From: the human T2T-CHM13v2.0 reference genome, Homo sapiens
Assembly: GCF_009914755.1 (NCBI RefSeq)
Contig: NC_060938.1
Direction: 5' to 3' (one strand)
Length of the DNA: 64,000 nucleotides
Both the position numbers and the translations under genes were made by a program. The notes under the pieces were generated by a model. That model was given only the letters and a program-made list of their open reading frames with translations, was not told the origin of the DNA and searched no databases. How positions within the stretch are numbered: the stretch's first letter is position 1; every line of letters begins with the position of its first letter. This document shows, piece after piece, positions 1 to 14,797 of the stretch.

Positions 1-571
1 AATCAAAAGTTCCTCACTGGCCCTCTGATTTGAATATAAAGTGTTAAAAATTTATATCCATCATTAACCAGCCCTTAAGCTTCTACAGACTTTAACAGTT
101 TCGTGTCAGCCTCAACGTTTATCTACTTTCTGACCGGTATCCCTGCCATGATTTTCATAGGAAAGAGAGTCAGAAGGGACCTTTCCAATTTTGTCATTTT
201 ACAAATTGAAACTCTGAACCCCAGCCTTCCAAGCTAGCAGCAGAACCAGTATGAGGATCCAGGTCTACTAGGTTATCTAATAGTATCTGAGACCATTTAC
301 AGCTTCAGGTCCACCCACGAATATTCATAAACTTGACATGTCTGCTGATTGAACCCTGGCGTCACTACCCTTCTTGGCTGGCCTGGGAGGTTTGATTCCT
401 TTCCCTACAGTCGTGCTCAAACTTTCATTCTCTACCACTTGGGGGCCGCAGACGCGTCATCCAGGTCTCCCTTTTCACTTCCCCCTTCCCGCCCCCAGTG
501 TCCGGCAGGGGGCGCCGTGAAACTCTGGATCCGTGGCCCCTCCCCCGGCCAACCGTCGATTGGGCCGGCGC

Positions 572-581
572 GTGACGTCAC
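572..581. promoter_or_regulatory. Palindromic cAMP response element (CREB/ATF) next to an inverted CCAAT box
   Basis: GTGACGTCAC is a perfect 10-bp palindrome containing the consensus TGACGTCA, about 10 bp from ATTGG. Confidence 0.75.
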
Positions 582-639
582 TCCGTTTTAGCCAAACAAA
601 TGGGTTTCGGGGCGAGCGTTGGGCGCCGCCGCGCCGCGC

Positions 640-761
640 TGGGTGCTCGGTCCGACTCAGCGGTGGGGAGTGAGCCAGGCCTCCCGCCACCGCTGCTGCC
701 GCCACCACTGCGTCGGGCTGGTGCAGCCCCGGGCCAGGCCGCGGCCGGGGCAGGAGCGCAG
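640..761 (+). other. FBXO34: Probable non-coding first exon (5' UTR); start approximate
   Basis: Lies just downstream of the CRE/CCAAT/GC-box cluster, contains no ATG, and ends at donor GCAG|GTGGGT (GT at 762-763). A G-rich intron start follows. Confidence 0.6.
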
Positions 762-868
762 GTGGGTCCGGGCCGAGGTGGGGCGTGGCGCGAGGGCCGC
801 GCGACTGGGGTCCGGCGGCGGCCACCGTGGCCGCTCCCCGCCCCCTACCGCCGCCTGCCTGCGCTCCC

Positions 869-901
869 GGGGCGCGGGGCGGGTGGGGGTGGGGGCGGGG
901 G
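869..901 (+). other. G-quadruplex-forming motif
   Basis: GGGGCGCGGGGCGGGTGGGGGTGGGGGCGGGGG: six G-runs of 3 or more with 1-3 nt loops. Confidence 0.7.
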
Positions 902-1354
902 CGCCGCCCGCGGGTCCGGGGTAGGGACCCGGCCGCCTGCGCCTCCTCCGGTGCGGCTCTTTCCGCGCGCACGGCCCGGGCGCTGAGCGTCCCCGCGGGC
1001 CACGGAGGGTCGGGCGGGTAGGGAGCGGGGTCCTGGGTCCCCGCTGAAGCCGAGGAGATTCACGGATAGGCCGTGAGCTTGCACCGGACCGGCGCTCCCA
1101 CTTACGGGACCCAGGGCGGTGAGGAAGTCAGCCTCTGGACTGGGGTCGCCTCGCCCCTGTCGCGCCCTCCCGGGCTCGGCCACTCTGCCCTTCCCTGCCC
1201 CAGCGCAGGTGAGCTGGCGCTTGTCCTTAACCTTCTTCAACGACGAGGCGGGACGGAGGCTCGGACGCCTCCCCAGCCTCTGGGCTGGCGCAAGTCGACT
1301 GCGGTTCGTCCTCAGTCCACGATGAAGTCATAGGGCTGTGGGTCCGTGTGTCTG

Positions 1355-1362
1355 TGACGTCA
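1355..1362. promoter_or_regulatory. Second full CRE at the 3' side of the CpG island
   Basis: Perfect TGACGTCA consensus. Confidence 0.6.
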
Positions 1363-2895
1363 GAAGATGGGTCCTGGGATGTCACTGCAGGCCCGGGCGG
1401 GGACCTGGGCTCACGGAAGGGCCGGGGGGACCCGCAGGGTAGAAAAAGGAAGTTGTCTTCCACGAACGCTTGGAATCGCAGTGGATTTGAATCGAAAGTT
1501 GTTCGGTATCAGCATTTTGCAATTTTAATGTAATAGTTGTCAATTTCTTTAACTTCTTGTCCAGCAAGCGTTGCGAGTACAGCTCAGTATAAGACATTTG
1601 ATTTAGAAAAACTTAAGTCAGGGTAGGAGGTTTTTTGGAGGGTGTAATGTAAAAAGCCTTTTAGGAAGCTAAATTCGTAGTTTGATAGTTTGCAATCAGA
1701 ATTACTGAAAAAAAAGAGAACCACTTCTAGTGTTGATAAATCAGTTTGCTTTTTTTTTTTTTTTTTAACTGGACATCTATCTGCTTGTTAGCATTTTTTG
1801 TTAGAAAATGGCCAGGAGGAGGGAGAGTGGATCTTACATGATTTTTTTTTTCTGTTGTAAAGGGAGGGAGGAGTTTGAATTAATCCAACATTTGTCTTAA
1901 ATAATAATTACCTGAGGAGTTAATTTATCCAGGTTGTCCCTATCCCACCCTATGGTACCATGCTACCACCCCATGCTACCATGGTTTAGAAGTCAGCAAC
2001 AAGCTGTTTTCTTGCTTTCTTACTGAGACCCGGCTATAACTTAATATAAAAACATATTCCAGGACCGCTTGTCTGGATAGGTAACTAAAATTTTGTCTGT
2101 AGTGCTTTTAAATATGAAATTACAGAATAAAAAAATGATTTGTCTGTGAATACTGTTTTTCTTCCAAAGCTTTCAGAAGAGATCTAACTGGAAGAGAAGC
2201 TAGTCACTTTGTCATAGTGACCCTCTTCGGGTATTCCAGCATATCAGTACTTTTCATTTCCTCCTCTGTAGAATAATGTAAATGGAATCTAGTTCAAAAG
2301 GTAGATGGCTTAAACTTGAAGCATAGTTAGTCTTTAGCAGGAAGCTTGGGTAGAAGTCCTTAATCCTTCCTCACTGACCTTGACTTGTAATGGTACGGTT
2401 TTTTTTTTTTCCTCTCTCTCAATACTTCCTGCTCCCCATTTGCCTTTTAGAGGTGATTGATAAGATACTGTCTCTCTGGGTTTTACATCAACATGCAGAT
2501 GGAAGTTATGCCCATTTTCAGGCAGGAAATAAAAGCAAAAATTTACCCGTTAGGTACTATTGGATTTGACTGGAAGTTCACAAAACAAGGCTTTCCTGTA
2601 CATGTTATTTTGATCCTCACCACAACCTTGGGAATTTGACAGCATTGTGTGCGCTACTGAAAGTTGTTCTGGTTTTTTCTTCCTTCTTTTAAGAAATGAG
2701 GAATTTTATGCTGACAGTGTTGAGTGAAGTCTCTAAAGATACAATTTTGTATACAAATTATTTTTCGTATGTACAAATTTTGTATACAAAATTTTGTATG
2801 AAAGATACACATTTGAGCCTTTGGATCACCAGAGACTGAGAGGCACTTGAATTATTATGCAACTGCTGATATTGAGAGTGTTAGTCAACCTTTAA

Positions 2896-3327
<432 letters not shown>

Positions 3328-4756
3328 AGGTGTGCTAGTATTAATGGGAAAGGATGAAAGTCAGACTAAATAAGAGTTGAAAGACCTGCAGCTGATAAGG
3401 AGATACCTGCTATTCGGCAGTGCATTTTTCCTCTCTATTTTGCTTAGCAGTTAGGAAGTTTTTATTTTTCCTCATGGAAAATGAGTTAATAGGTGAAGAA
3501 TAAATGTCATAGTGCATACTGATGTGACTGAGGGACAACGACAGATATTTAAAAAGCCAGCTTGTGAGTGTTGTGTAATTATCTAACAAGCCAGAACTCG
3601 TGTGAAACATTTTTACAGTCTGTTTCTATTTTTGGCAGGATCTTTTTCACCCATGCTTTCCAGTTTTGGGTCTGGGAAGCAGCTTTTACTTCATATAAAT
3701 GGTTTTATGGAAATTAATTTTGAGATTGGTTTATTATTTTAAGTCATTTTATTCACTTATATAATTTGAAGGCACTAAATTAAACAGTCATTCGTTATCC
3801 ATCTTTCTGATGGATAAAAGCAAATGTCAAGATGAGAGTGCTGTATTGTAGAAATTCCTCAGGATATGTTTATTGGATCAGTTATTTTATTAACATTTAG
3901 AATTTAAATTCTTAAAAATTTTTACTTTATTTTTTAAACTTAATTTATGTTCAGCTAGCTTAATTTGACAGTTTTTATATTCTAGTAACTTTAATCTTGT
4001 TTTAATATTTGTTTGGGAGAAAACATACTTATCTTTAGAGACATCATTTAGTGTTATCTTCCAAAATTTGCAGCTGTTTAGAACCAGATACTTGAGGGAA
4101 GCTACTATGGTATGATGAATGCCTTCCTTGTTAGGTCATGTGTGACAAAGGCAAAATTCAGCAAGTGCATAATCTGCAGTCCTTTGGAAGCAACAAAAAC
4201 AAAAAAGAGCAGATTAACTCGAAATGCATTTAGGTCATCTGGAAATTGAATTCCTGTCAGTTCTTATCTTTGCATAATTTATCTTCTCCCCTTTAGTTAA
4301 TGCTTATGGTATTTTGAAGCTGATGACATACTTTATTTTCCAGGAGAGCATTAATACAGTGTAGTTGTTTGTTAGTGTTGGTTAAAAGAACTTATCAACC
4401 TTTCATTCCCACCTCCATCTTCTAGTTAATGCTCCACAGAAGAGGCTCTCAGTAATCCATTTTAAAATATTCAGCTTCAGAAACCTAACATGTACATTTC
4501 CTATCCTCAGTAGAGTATAGGTGTAAATATGAAACTAAGTGCTATGTAAGTGTGGTTATTGCATTATTAGGTATGGATTTCATTCATCCAGCAAACATTT
4601 TTTTGAGTATTTCTGTGCCAGGTACTCAGATAGGGACTGTGACACAGAGATGATATATCCTTGCTGCAAGGACCCTTAACCTTTGTTTTAACATTGCCTT
4701 GCTATGATGGGTCTTGGGTGTGAGAGGCTAGAGTTGGGTCAAGAGGATAAACTATT

Positions 4757-5085
<329 letters not shown>

Positions 5086-5712
5086 CTAGATTGGCCAGAG
5101 GTGTTAGTTAAAGGTCAATTTAAGGAGGTATTAGAAACTCAGTTAAAAAGAATAGGGAATAGCTTATCATAGCCCAAGACAGACAAAGGGCCTAGATAAC
5201 CACAGATTGAGATTGTGCTAGAATGAATGGAACTTGGTGAGTTCGGGCTTCCTTAGAGGCAAGAACAAGTGCTCAAGGCCAGAACTAGTCTATCTAGGCA
5301 ATCTAAAATTAGAAGCATAGAAAAGAGGGACAACCCGAATACCTTTTCTCCTTTTCTTTCCACTCTCAGGCATGCATATACCTTCTTTTCCTTTAAAGTC
5401 AGTCCTTTAATTGATGAACTTGGGAAATACGCAAGCCTCTCACAGCCTTCATTTCCAGTGTTTGCTTTCTTTCTGGAAGATTTCATAGTGAAACATTTCA
5501 TTCATTACAGAAAAGTGGAAAGAATTGTTTGTACATTGCATACCTAAATACCCACCACCCCTATATTGTTAGTCATATTTTGGTGTATTTGCTTTATTGC
5601 CTATCTATCGGTCTATCCATTCATCAATCCTTTTGTTTTTGTTGTATTTCAAAGTATACTTTACACCTAGACATTTCCCCATGCCTATTATTAACTATTT
5701 GTTTACTTGTTT

Positions 5713-6220
5713 TGTTGTGCCTGAGCGAGTTAGAAAAATGCCACACTTTGAGACGAATTAAGAGTCCTTTATTAGCCGGCGACCGAGAGACGGCTAACGC
5801 TCAAAATTCTCTCGGCCCCGAGGAAGGGGCTTGATTAACTTTTATATCTTGGTTGAGGAAGCGGGGGGGTCTAGTTAAAACAATTTTACAGAAGTTAAGT
5901 AGTCAAAAAAATTAAAAGGATAAATGGTTACAGGAAAGTAAACAGTTCCAGGTGCAGGGGCTTTAAGACTATTACAAGGTGATAGATTCGGGGCTTTGGG
6001 CATTATCAATCAGACGAATTCTTGGGGACTGCGGATATAGCTTCCCACAGTATCTTATCAGTTAATTGCATTCTTGGATGTGCTGGGAGTCAGCTTGCAC
6101 AAGTAAAGTCCTTGAGGGAAGGGGCTGCCAGTGAAAGCCAAGATGGAGTTTGTCTGGTTCTCTTAGCTAAGGGAGAAACAAGGCCAGGTGAATAAGGATA
6201 AAACAAGGTTGGGCATTACA
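5713..6220 (-). mobile_element. Solo ERV1 LTR, LTR6A/B-like (HERV-S71/HERV-T)
   Basis: Minus strand starts TGTAATGCCCAACCTTG and ends CACAACA. 4-bp TSD GTTT (5709-5712 and 6221-6224). TATAAAAG (5839-5846) and AATAAA (5768-5773) on minus. The subfamily is from a recalled consensus. Confidence 0.8.
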
Positions 6221-6224
6221 GTTT

Positions 6225-6375
6225 TTAGGCAAAACTTGTATATAGTAAAATGTACAAATCTTATGTATACCATTCCCTTAGTTTGAACAAGTTCATACAT
6301 CTGTGTAATCCATATCCCTGTCAAGATATAGAACATTTTCATCACCACAAAAAGTTCCTTCCTGCACCTTCTAGG
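6225..6375 (-). mobile_element. Old L1 (L1M) 3' fragment
   Basis: Typical L1M 3' UTR text (aaaatgtacaaatcttatgtatac...tatagaacattttcatcacc). Confidence 0.6.
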
Positions 6376-6540
6376 TTAATTTCATTAGCTGTTTAATCTC
6401 CTGCAATCATATTTCTACTAGTTCCTTCTGAAACTACTTGTTCAAATGGTCTACTTTGTTAGAAGTACATTAGGGTCGCATTGTGCTTGGTGTTCAGAGT
6501 ATAAAGAAATGAAGAACATAGCCCTTGCTCTATGATTTAA

Positions 6541-6870
6541 TTTTTTGTTTTGTTTTGTTTTTTGAGACAGTCTCGCTTTGTTGCCCAGACTGAAGTACAG
6601 TGGTGCAATTCATAGCTCACTGTAACATTGAGCTCCTGGGCTCAAGCCGTCCTCCTTCCTCAGCCTCTTGAGTAGTTGGGTCTACAGGTGTGTGCCACCA
6701 TGCCTGGCTGCTTTTTTTTTTATTATTATTTTTTAAAGAGACTAGATCTTGCCCAGTTTGGAGTGCAGTGGCTGTTCAAAGGCCCAATTATAGTGTACTG
6801 CAGCCTTGAACTTTTGGGCTCAAGTGATCCTCAGCCTTCTGAGTAACTGGCATGTACCACGGGCTTAGTC
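6541..6870 (-). mobile_element. Two tandem old Alu monomers (FRAM/FLAM/AluJ)
   Basis: Two diverged Alu monomer reverse complements, each preceded by a T tract. Confidence 0.8.
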
Positions 6871-7920
6871 TGGGTTGTAATTAGGTATCTGAAGAGAGAT
6901 AAGTAAATGTTACATGAATTCAGAGGACGCAAGTTTCTTAGGAGTGGATCTTGAATTAGGGCTTCTCAGTTATAATTCTATCCAAGTCGTGCCTACATTT
7001 TTATTCATAAACTGTTAACTCTTGTTGGGTTTCTGACTACTAGGAAGATGCTTCTTTTGTATATCCCTTTTTACTTTGGCTTATTCAGGATCCTGTAGCA
7101 AGATCATTTGCTTTAAGTAGTTGTAGCAAACAGGATTTATTGAGAGAAAGATATGTAAACTTTGAGCGGGCTGAATCAACAGATTAGTCTGAACTTCTAG
7201 AAACAAACCCCTGAATGACACTGCAGAGCTTGCCTGCCAAGGGGGCTACTGCCACCGCAGCACCGAGAACCATGTCGTTGAATCAGAAAGCCGCTACCAG
7301 AAGTTTAACTTCCTTGGGTAGGACTGTTGTTTCTGTTCTCTGTATCTTATGCAGGTATGTCTGCTTGCCCATACTTAGGTCATATGTGAAACCTTAGCAT
7401 TGCCTATATGTAAAACAGGAAGTGCATGTGAGAGCTTTATTGCATTATTGAGTCTGCAGTACATTCAGTTTGTGAGGAACTGAACTCATTTTCCCCAGAT
7501 TCCCTCACTGTGACGAAGTTAAGCTTTTTCTAAGTTTCCTTTTTCAGTCCAAAGGGATGGGTATTGTTCCAGTTTTCTGAGGTAGAAACTATTGAAAACT
7601 GTATCATTTAGATTTTTTTAATGCAGATGTAACAGAAAACCAACTCAAATTCACTGGCTCACAATATTAAAAAGTCCAAAGTTGAGGCTTGATTCAGTTA
7701 TACTTGTGTGATCAGACTTAATCTTTCTCTTCCTTTATTTAATGAGCTCAGCTTCCGTGGTTTTGGTCCCTTTGTGTTCACATGTTTGTTGCAGCTCAAG
7801 CCCTACAACCTCATGCTATCAAGTCCAGAGGAAAATACATAGGACTACTGTACAAAGAAAACTAGTTACATTAAAATGTAGTTATAAAAGTATTTTAAAA
7901 AATTGTTGGTAATACCTGTT

Positions 7921-8208
7921 TCTTTTTTTGAGACAGGTGCTTGATCTGTTGCCTAGGCTGGAGTACAGTGGTGCTAACAAGGCTCACTGCAGCTGAACCT
8001 CCTAGGCTCAAGTGATCTTCTCACCTCAGCCTTCTGAGTAGCTGGGACCACAGGTGCGCACCACCACACGCAGCTAATTTTTAAATTTTTTGTAGAGATG
8101 AGGTCTCGCCATGTTGCCCAGGCTAGTCTCGAGTTCCTGGGCTCAAGCCATCCTCCTGCCTTGGCCTCCCAAAATGCTGGGATTATAGGCGTGAGCCACC
8201 ATGCCCAC
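7921..8208 (-). mobile_element. Alu (AluJ-like)
   Basis: Dimeric Alu, TSD cctgtttcttt. Confidence 0.9.
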
Positions 8209-8238
8209 CCTGTTTCTTTATTAAAGAGATTTAGTGAA

Positions 8239-8523
8239 GGCCGGGCGTGGTGGCTCACGCCTGTAATCCCAGCACTTTAGGAGGCCGAGGTGGGTGGATC
8301 ACGAGGTCAGGAGACCAGCCTGGTCAAGATGGTGAAACCCCATCTACTAAAAATACAAAAATTAGCTGGGCATGGTGGTGGGTGCCTGTAATCCCAGCTA
8401 CTTGGTAGGCTGAGGCAGAGAATTGCTTGAACCCGGGAGACGGAGGCTGCAGTGAGCTGAGGTCATGCCACTGCACTCCAGCCTGGGCGACATAAGCGAG
8501 ACTCCGTCAAAAAAAAAAAAAAA
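8239..8523 (+). mobile_element. Alu (AluS-like)
   Basis: GGCCGGGCGTGGTGG to poly(A). Confidence 0.95.
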
Positions 8524-8524
8524 G

Positions 8525-8837
8525 GAAAAAATATATTTAGTGGGGTCTAATAATTTCCAAGTGGTGATGAGTATTATTACTATTTGGAGGTATCTGTAAC
8601 GAAAGATCATGTGATAGGAAAATAAATAAACTGTGATTTCTACTGGTGACAAAATGAACAGATATTGCTAATATAATACTATTGTGGTGTTTTGGCTGAA
8701 TTCACAGTGAAAGGAAATGCTAAATTTCAGTTAGAGGTTAAAGTAAAGATGTAATTTGTTTTTCTCAGTTTAACGACACCCTGAATTCTATATATAAACC
8801 CTTGGAGTATGTGTGAACCTCAGCTTAAGAACCACTG
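8525..8837. mobile_element. hAT-Charlie DNA transposon remnant (continues left of the two Alus)
   Basis: Ends in ...cttaagaaccactg followed by ctaga, a Charlie-type terminus and target. Related sequence occurs in reverse at about 38060-38460. Subfamily uncertain. Confidence 0.5.
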
Positions 8838-9502
8838 CTAGAAGAGTTTCTCTTCCTAGAAGTTCAAGAAATGTATTCTTGTGTCTCATTGACTTTGGGT
8901 TATGTTGTCATTTCTGAATGAACCATTAAGGCAAGAGAAATAGGATTTGCTAATTAGTTTAGCCAGCCTGGGCCTACCTCTGGAGCTGGGGGTCATTCCC
9001 TCCTAACCAGCATCATGGGAGAGGAAGTGGATTTCCAAGGGAAAATCAAGAAGCAGTGGATGGCAGGATCTGGAAGAATTTGCTAAGTGCCCCTAAATAA
9101 AGAGCCAGTAGATACTGAGTAGCAAATAGCATTATGTCCATCCTCTCCCTTTACCTCCATGGTCAACCAGTCATTAAGTTTTAGTGAAACTTTCATTTGC
9201 ATTTGCCTTTTTGTGTTTAGTCTCTTTGATAATATCTTAAACCTCCAGTGTGGTAGTGTGTGGATTAGTCCATTGGATTGTGGAAAGAAAAATATTGAAA
9301 CTTCTGTTTATTCTTCTCATCCTACTAGTATTTATATACATTTTATATGTATGTAAAATATATTAGTACATGATATATGTACATACATGTATATATATCA
9401 CATCATATTTGTGGGTACATGTTAAAAATGTTTTAAAAAATGGGAATGGGAGAACCAGAAAAGTTGAGATAACTATGTAGAGCAGCGCTGTTGAGTAGAA
9501 AT

Positions 9503-10136
<634 letters not shown>

Positions 10137-10333
10137 AATATGAACCTTGTATGTATGTAATTTACCATTTTCTAGTTAGCCACATTAAAAAAGGAAAAAG
10201 AAACAGGTGAAAAATATTTAAAAAATACGTTAACACAATATATCCAGAACATGATTTCACATTGAAATCAATATAAAAATTACTGAAATAGTTTACAGTC
10301 TGGTGTGCATTTTAGACTTAAAGCATATCCCTT

Positions 10334-10500
10334 TGGGCATGGTAGCCCATGCCTGTAGTCCTAGCTGCTTGGGAGGCTGAGGCAGGAGAATCTCTTGAAC
10401 ACAGGAGTTTTAGGTTATGGTGAGCTATGATCGTGCCACTGGACTCCAGCCTGGATGACAGAGTGAGACCCGACTCCTTAAAAAAAAAAAAAAAAAAAAA
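10334..10500 (+). mobile_element. Alu monomer (FRAM-like) nested in MER33
   Basis: Single right-arm-type monomer with poly(A); flanks aaagca(t/c)atc. Confidence 0.8.
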
Positions 10501-11164
10501 GCACATCTCAGTTCAGACTACTAATATTTCAGGTGCCAAAGGCCACATGTGGTTAGTGGCTGCTGTATTGGATAGGACAGATCTAGACCAATGATCATTG
10601 TGAATTTAGATTTCTGTAATTGTCTCTATGACGTTTTTTTATAATTCCATATTTGCCCCCTTCAATCTTATACACAGTTGGCAGGTTAGTTGGACAAAAA
10701 TTCCAGCGGGATGATGTTACTCTCCAAATGAGAACCTGCTCTAGGTTTAGACGTCATAAGATAGTCCCACCCTTCCTCTTCATTTTCTGGGACTCCCTGC
10801 AATAAACCTGGTATTCAGGCAGTTTCCTCAGCCTTGCTTTCTCCTTTCATTTCTCCAAATATTACATCTGTTTTACGAAGTCTATTCCCATAAAACCTTG
10901 TTGGACTCACCAATCCCTCTGTAACATCCTTACCATTTCCCAAATTTCTATGGTGTATATTGAGTACTTAGCCACTCAGCACGTTGGCATTTCATTGTAT
11001 ACTGTTGCTTGTTGCTCTTTGTTTCACGTGTAATGAGCCTTATCTCCCCTAATAAATTCTAAGCTTCATATATTATCCCTGAATTGTAGGCACATATCGA
11101 AGGCTTAGCTTTTCCTTATCTTTAGAAAGGACATAGCTGGGCTATGTAAATTTGTAGCTTTACG

Positions 11165-11904
<740 letters not shown>

Positions 11905-12661
11905 CAGTTGCTGTGTTTTCTACTCTGCTTGTTAACTTAGACACTTTTTAGCAGATTCATTTGTAGGAGTTGGTGTTCATTTGCTTTATGACAATTAAAA
12001 AGATTAATTTTGTTCATTGAGTAGTTTATTTGAAACTGTAGAATCATTCTTGGAACTACAGAATAGGGAATTATTGATTAGTTGGAGTTTCTGAAGATGA
12101 AATTTGAGTTTCGTAAGGTAGTCTCAAAGGACACTTTTGCTTTATTGTCCAGAAACCAGGAGAGGCAAACTTGTTTCCAAAGTAGGGCAAGAGGTTTTAT
12201 TTCAAGTTCAGTCATCAGGATTATTCTCTGGAGGTTGTCAGTACTTTTTTACAAACCCTAGTCACTTTAACCCTAGGGAATAGGTTTCTCTTGTTCAGGC
12301 TGTCTTCTTTCTTGGATGAAGAGCTCTACCATCGTCACTATATTTTAGCTCATTTGTGGAACGAAGGACTATCAAAATGTTTCCTGAAAATAAGTCCAGG
12401 GAGGGCCTTAAGAGCTTTATGCTTTATTGAATCGTCTTTCATTTGACATTTTCTTTGCTGTATTTTACTTAACATAGGCTATGATTAGATTGATAAAAAG
12501 CTAAAAAAAAATACACCAACATTTTTAACTTGTGGAATTTCACAGCCGATTTATTACAACCTATTTTATATGCGAGGTAGTATGTTAAGTGTATTAGTTA
12601 TATTTCCATCACTTTTTCTTTTAGCATAATTTTACAGATATTTATATTCTTTGGCAAATAG

Positions 12662-12984
<323 letters not shown>

Positions 12985-13165
12985 AAGAATTTATTCTTTT
13001 TATTTAACACTTTGTGTTTTCCCCCCTTTTAGGTAAATATAATAAAATTGGTTATTAAAGTCCAAAAAAATACTAACTTTACTGGAGAGTTCACATTTTT
13101 GTTTTATTAGCTGGTAGGAGGTTATAACTTTTCCTAAAATTAAAACGTGACTTTACATTCTAAGA

Positions 13166-13167
<2 letters not shown>

Positions 13168-13200
<33 letters not shown>

Positions 13201-13233
13201 TGTGTGTGTGTGTATGTGTATGTATGTGTATGT
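13168..13233. repeat. (TG)n/(TATG)n microsatellite at an Alu monomer tail
   Basis: Visible tgtgtg run abutting a minus-strand Alu monomer (about 13234-13386). Confidence 0.9.
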
Positions 13234-13456
13234 ATTTTTAGAGGTAGGGTCTCATTCTTTTGCTCAGACTGCAGTGCAGTGGCACGGTCATAGCTTACTG
13301 CAGCCTCAGACTCCTGAGCTCAAGCAGTCCTCTTGCCTCAGCCTCTTGAGTAGCTAGGACTTACAAGCATGCACCACCATGCCTAGTGCTAATTGCATGT
13401 ATTTTTAAGACTGTAGGGTATAAAATTTTTTTACACTTAAAAATTACAGTATATGG

Positions 13457-14610
<1,154 letters not shown>

Positions 14611-14619
14611 TTGTTCTTT

Positions 14620-14797
14620 CTCCTGGGAGTCGAGGAACAGCATGTTACCTAAGGTGGGGTGAAGGGAGGTTTCCAGGTTGGAAACAGAGCAGGTCAAAAC
14701 TCCCATGCTGATCAGTAGTGGGATCGTGCCTGTGAATAACCACTGCCGTCCAGCATTGGCAACATAGTGAGACTCTGTCTCTTTAAAAAAAAAAAAA
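14620..14797 (+). pseudogene. 5'-truncated 7SL (SRP RNA) retro-pseudogene
   Basis: Contains S-domain sequence that Alu lacks (cctaaggtggggtgaa...ccaggttggaaacagagcaggtcaaaactcccatgctgatcagtagtgggatcgtgcctgtgaataaccactg), then the 7SL 3' end, tctcttt and poly(A). Confidence 0.92.

Larger units (their letters stand above)
440..1480. promoter_or_regulatory. FBXO34: CpG-island promoter of the host gene (probably FBXO34)
   Basis: Abrupt GC- and CpG-rich block in AT-rich flanks, with a GC box (CCCGCCCC 488-495), inverted CCAAT (ATTGG 559-563) and full CREs (TGACGTCA 573-580 and 1355-1362). The gene name is inferred from the intronic CHMP4BP1 retrocopy (recalled location). Confidence 0.85.

Noticed and set aside
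349-1597. Overlapping Pro/Gly/Arg/Ala-rich ORFs in the CpG island
   Set aside because: Expected from the scarcity of stop codons in GC-rich DNA. Many use non-ATG starts and none resembles a known protein.
3795-3817. 9-bp stem hairpin TTATCCATC-TTTCT-GATGGATAA
   Set aside because: Short enough to be expected by chance in a 64-kb AT-rich window.
14620-14797. Functional SRP RNA gene
   Set aside because: The 5' Alu domain and upstream promoter are missing, there are many substitutions, and the poly(A) tail indicates retroposition.
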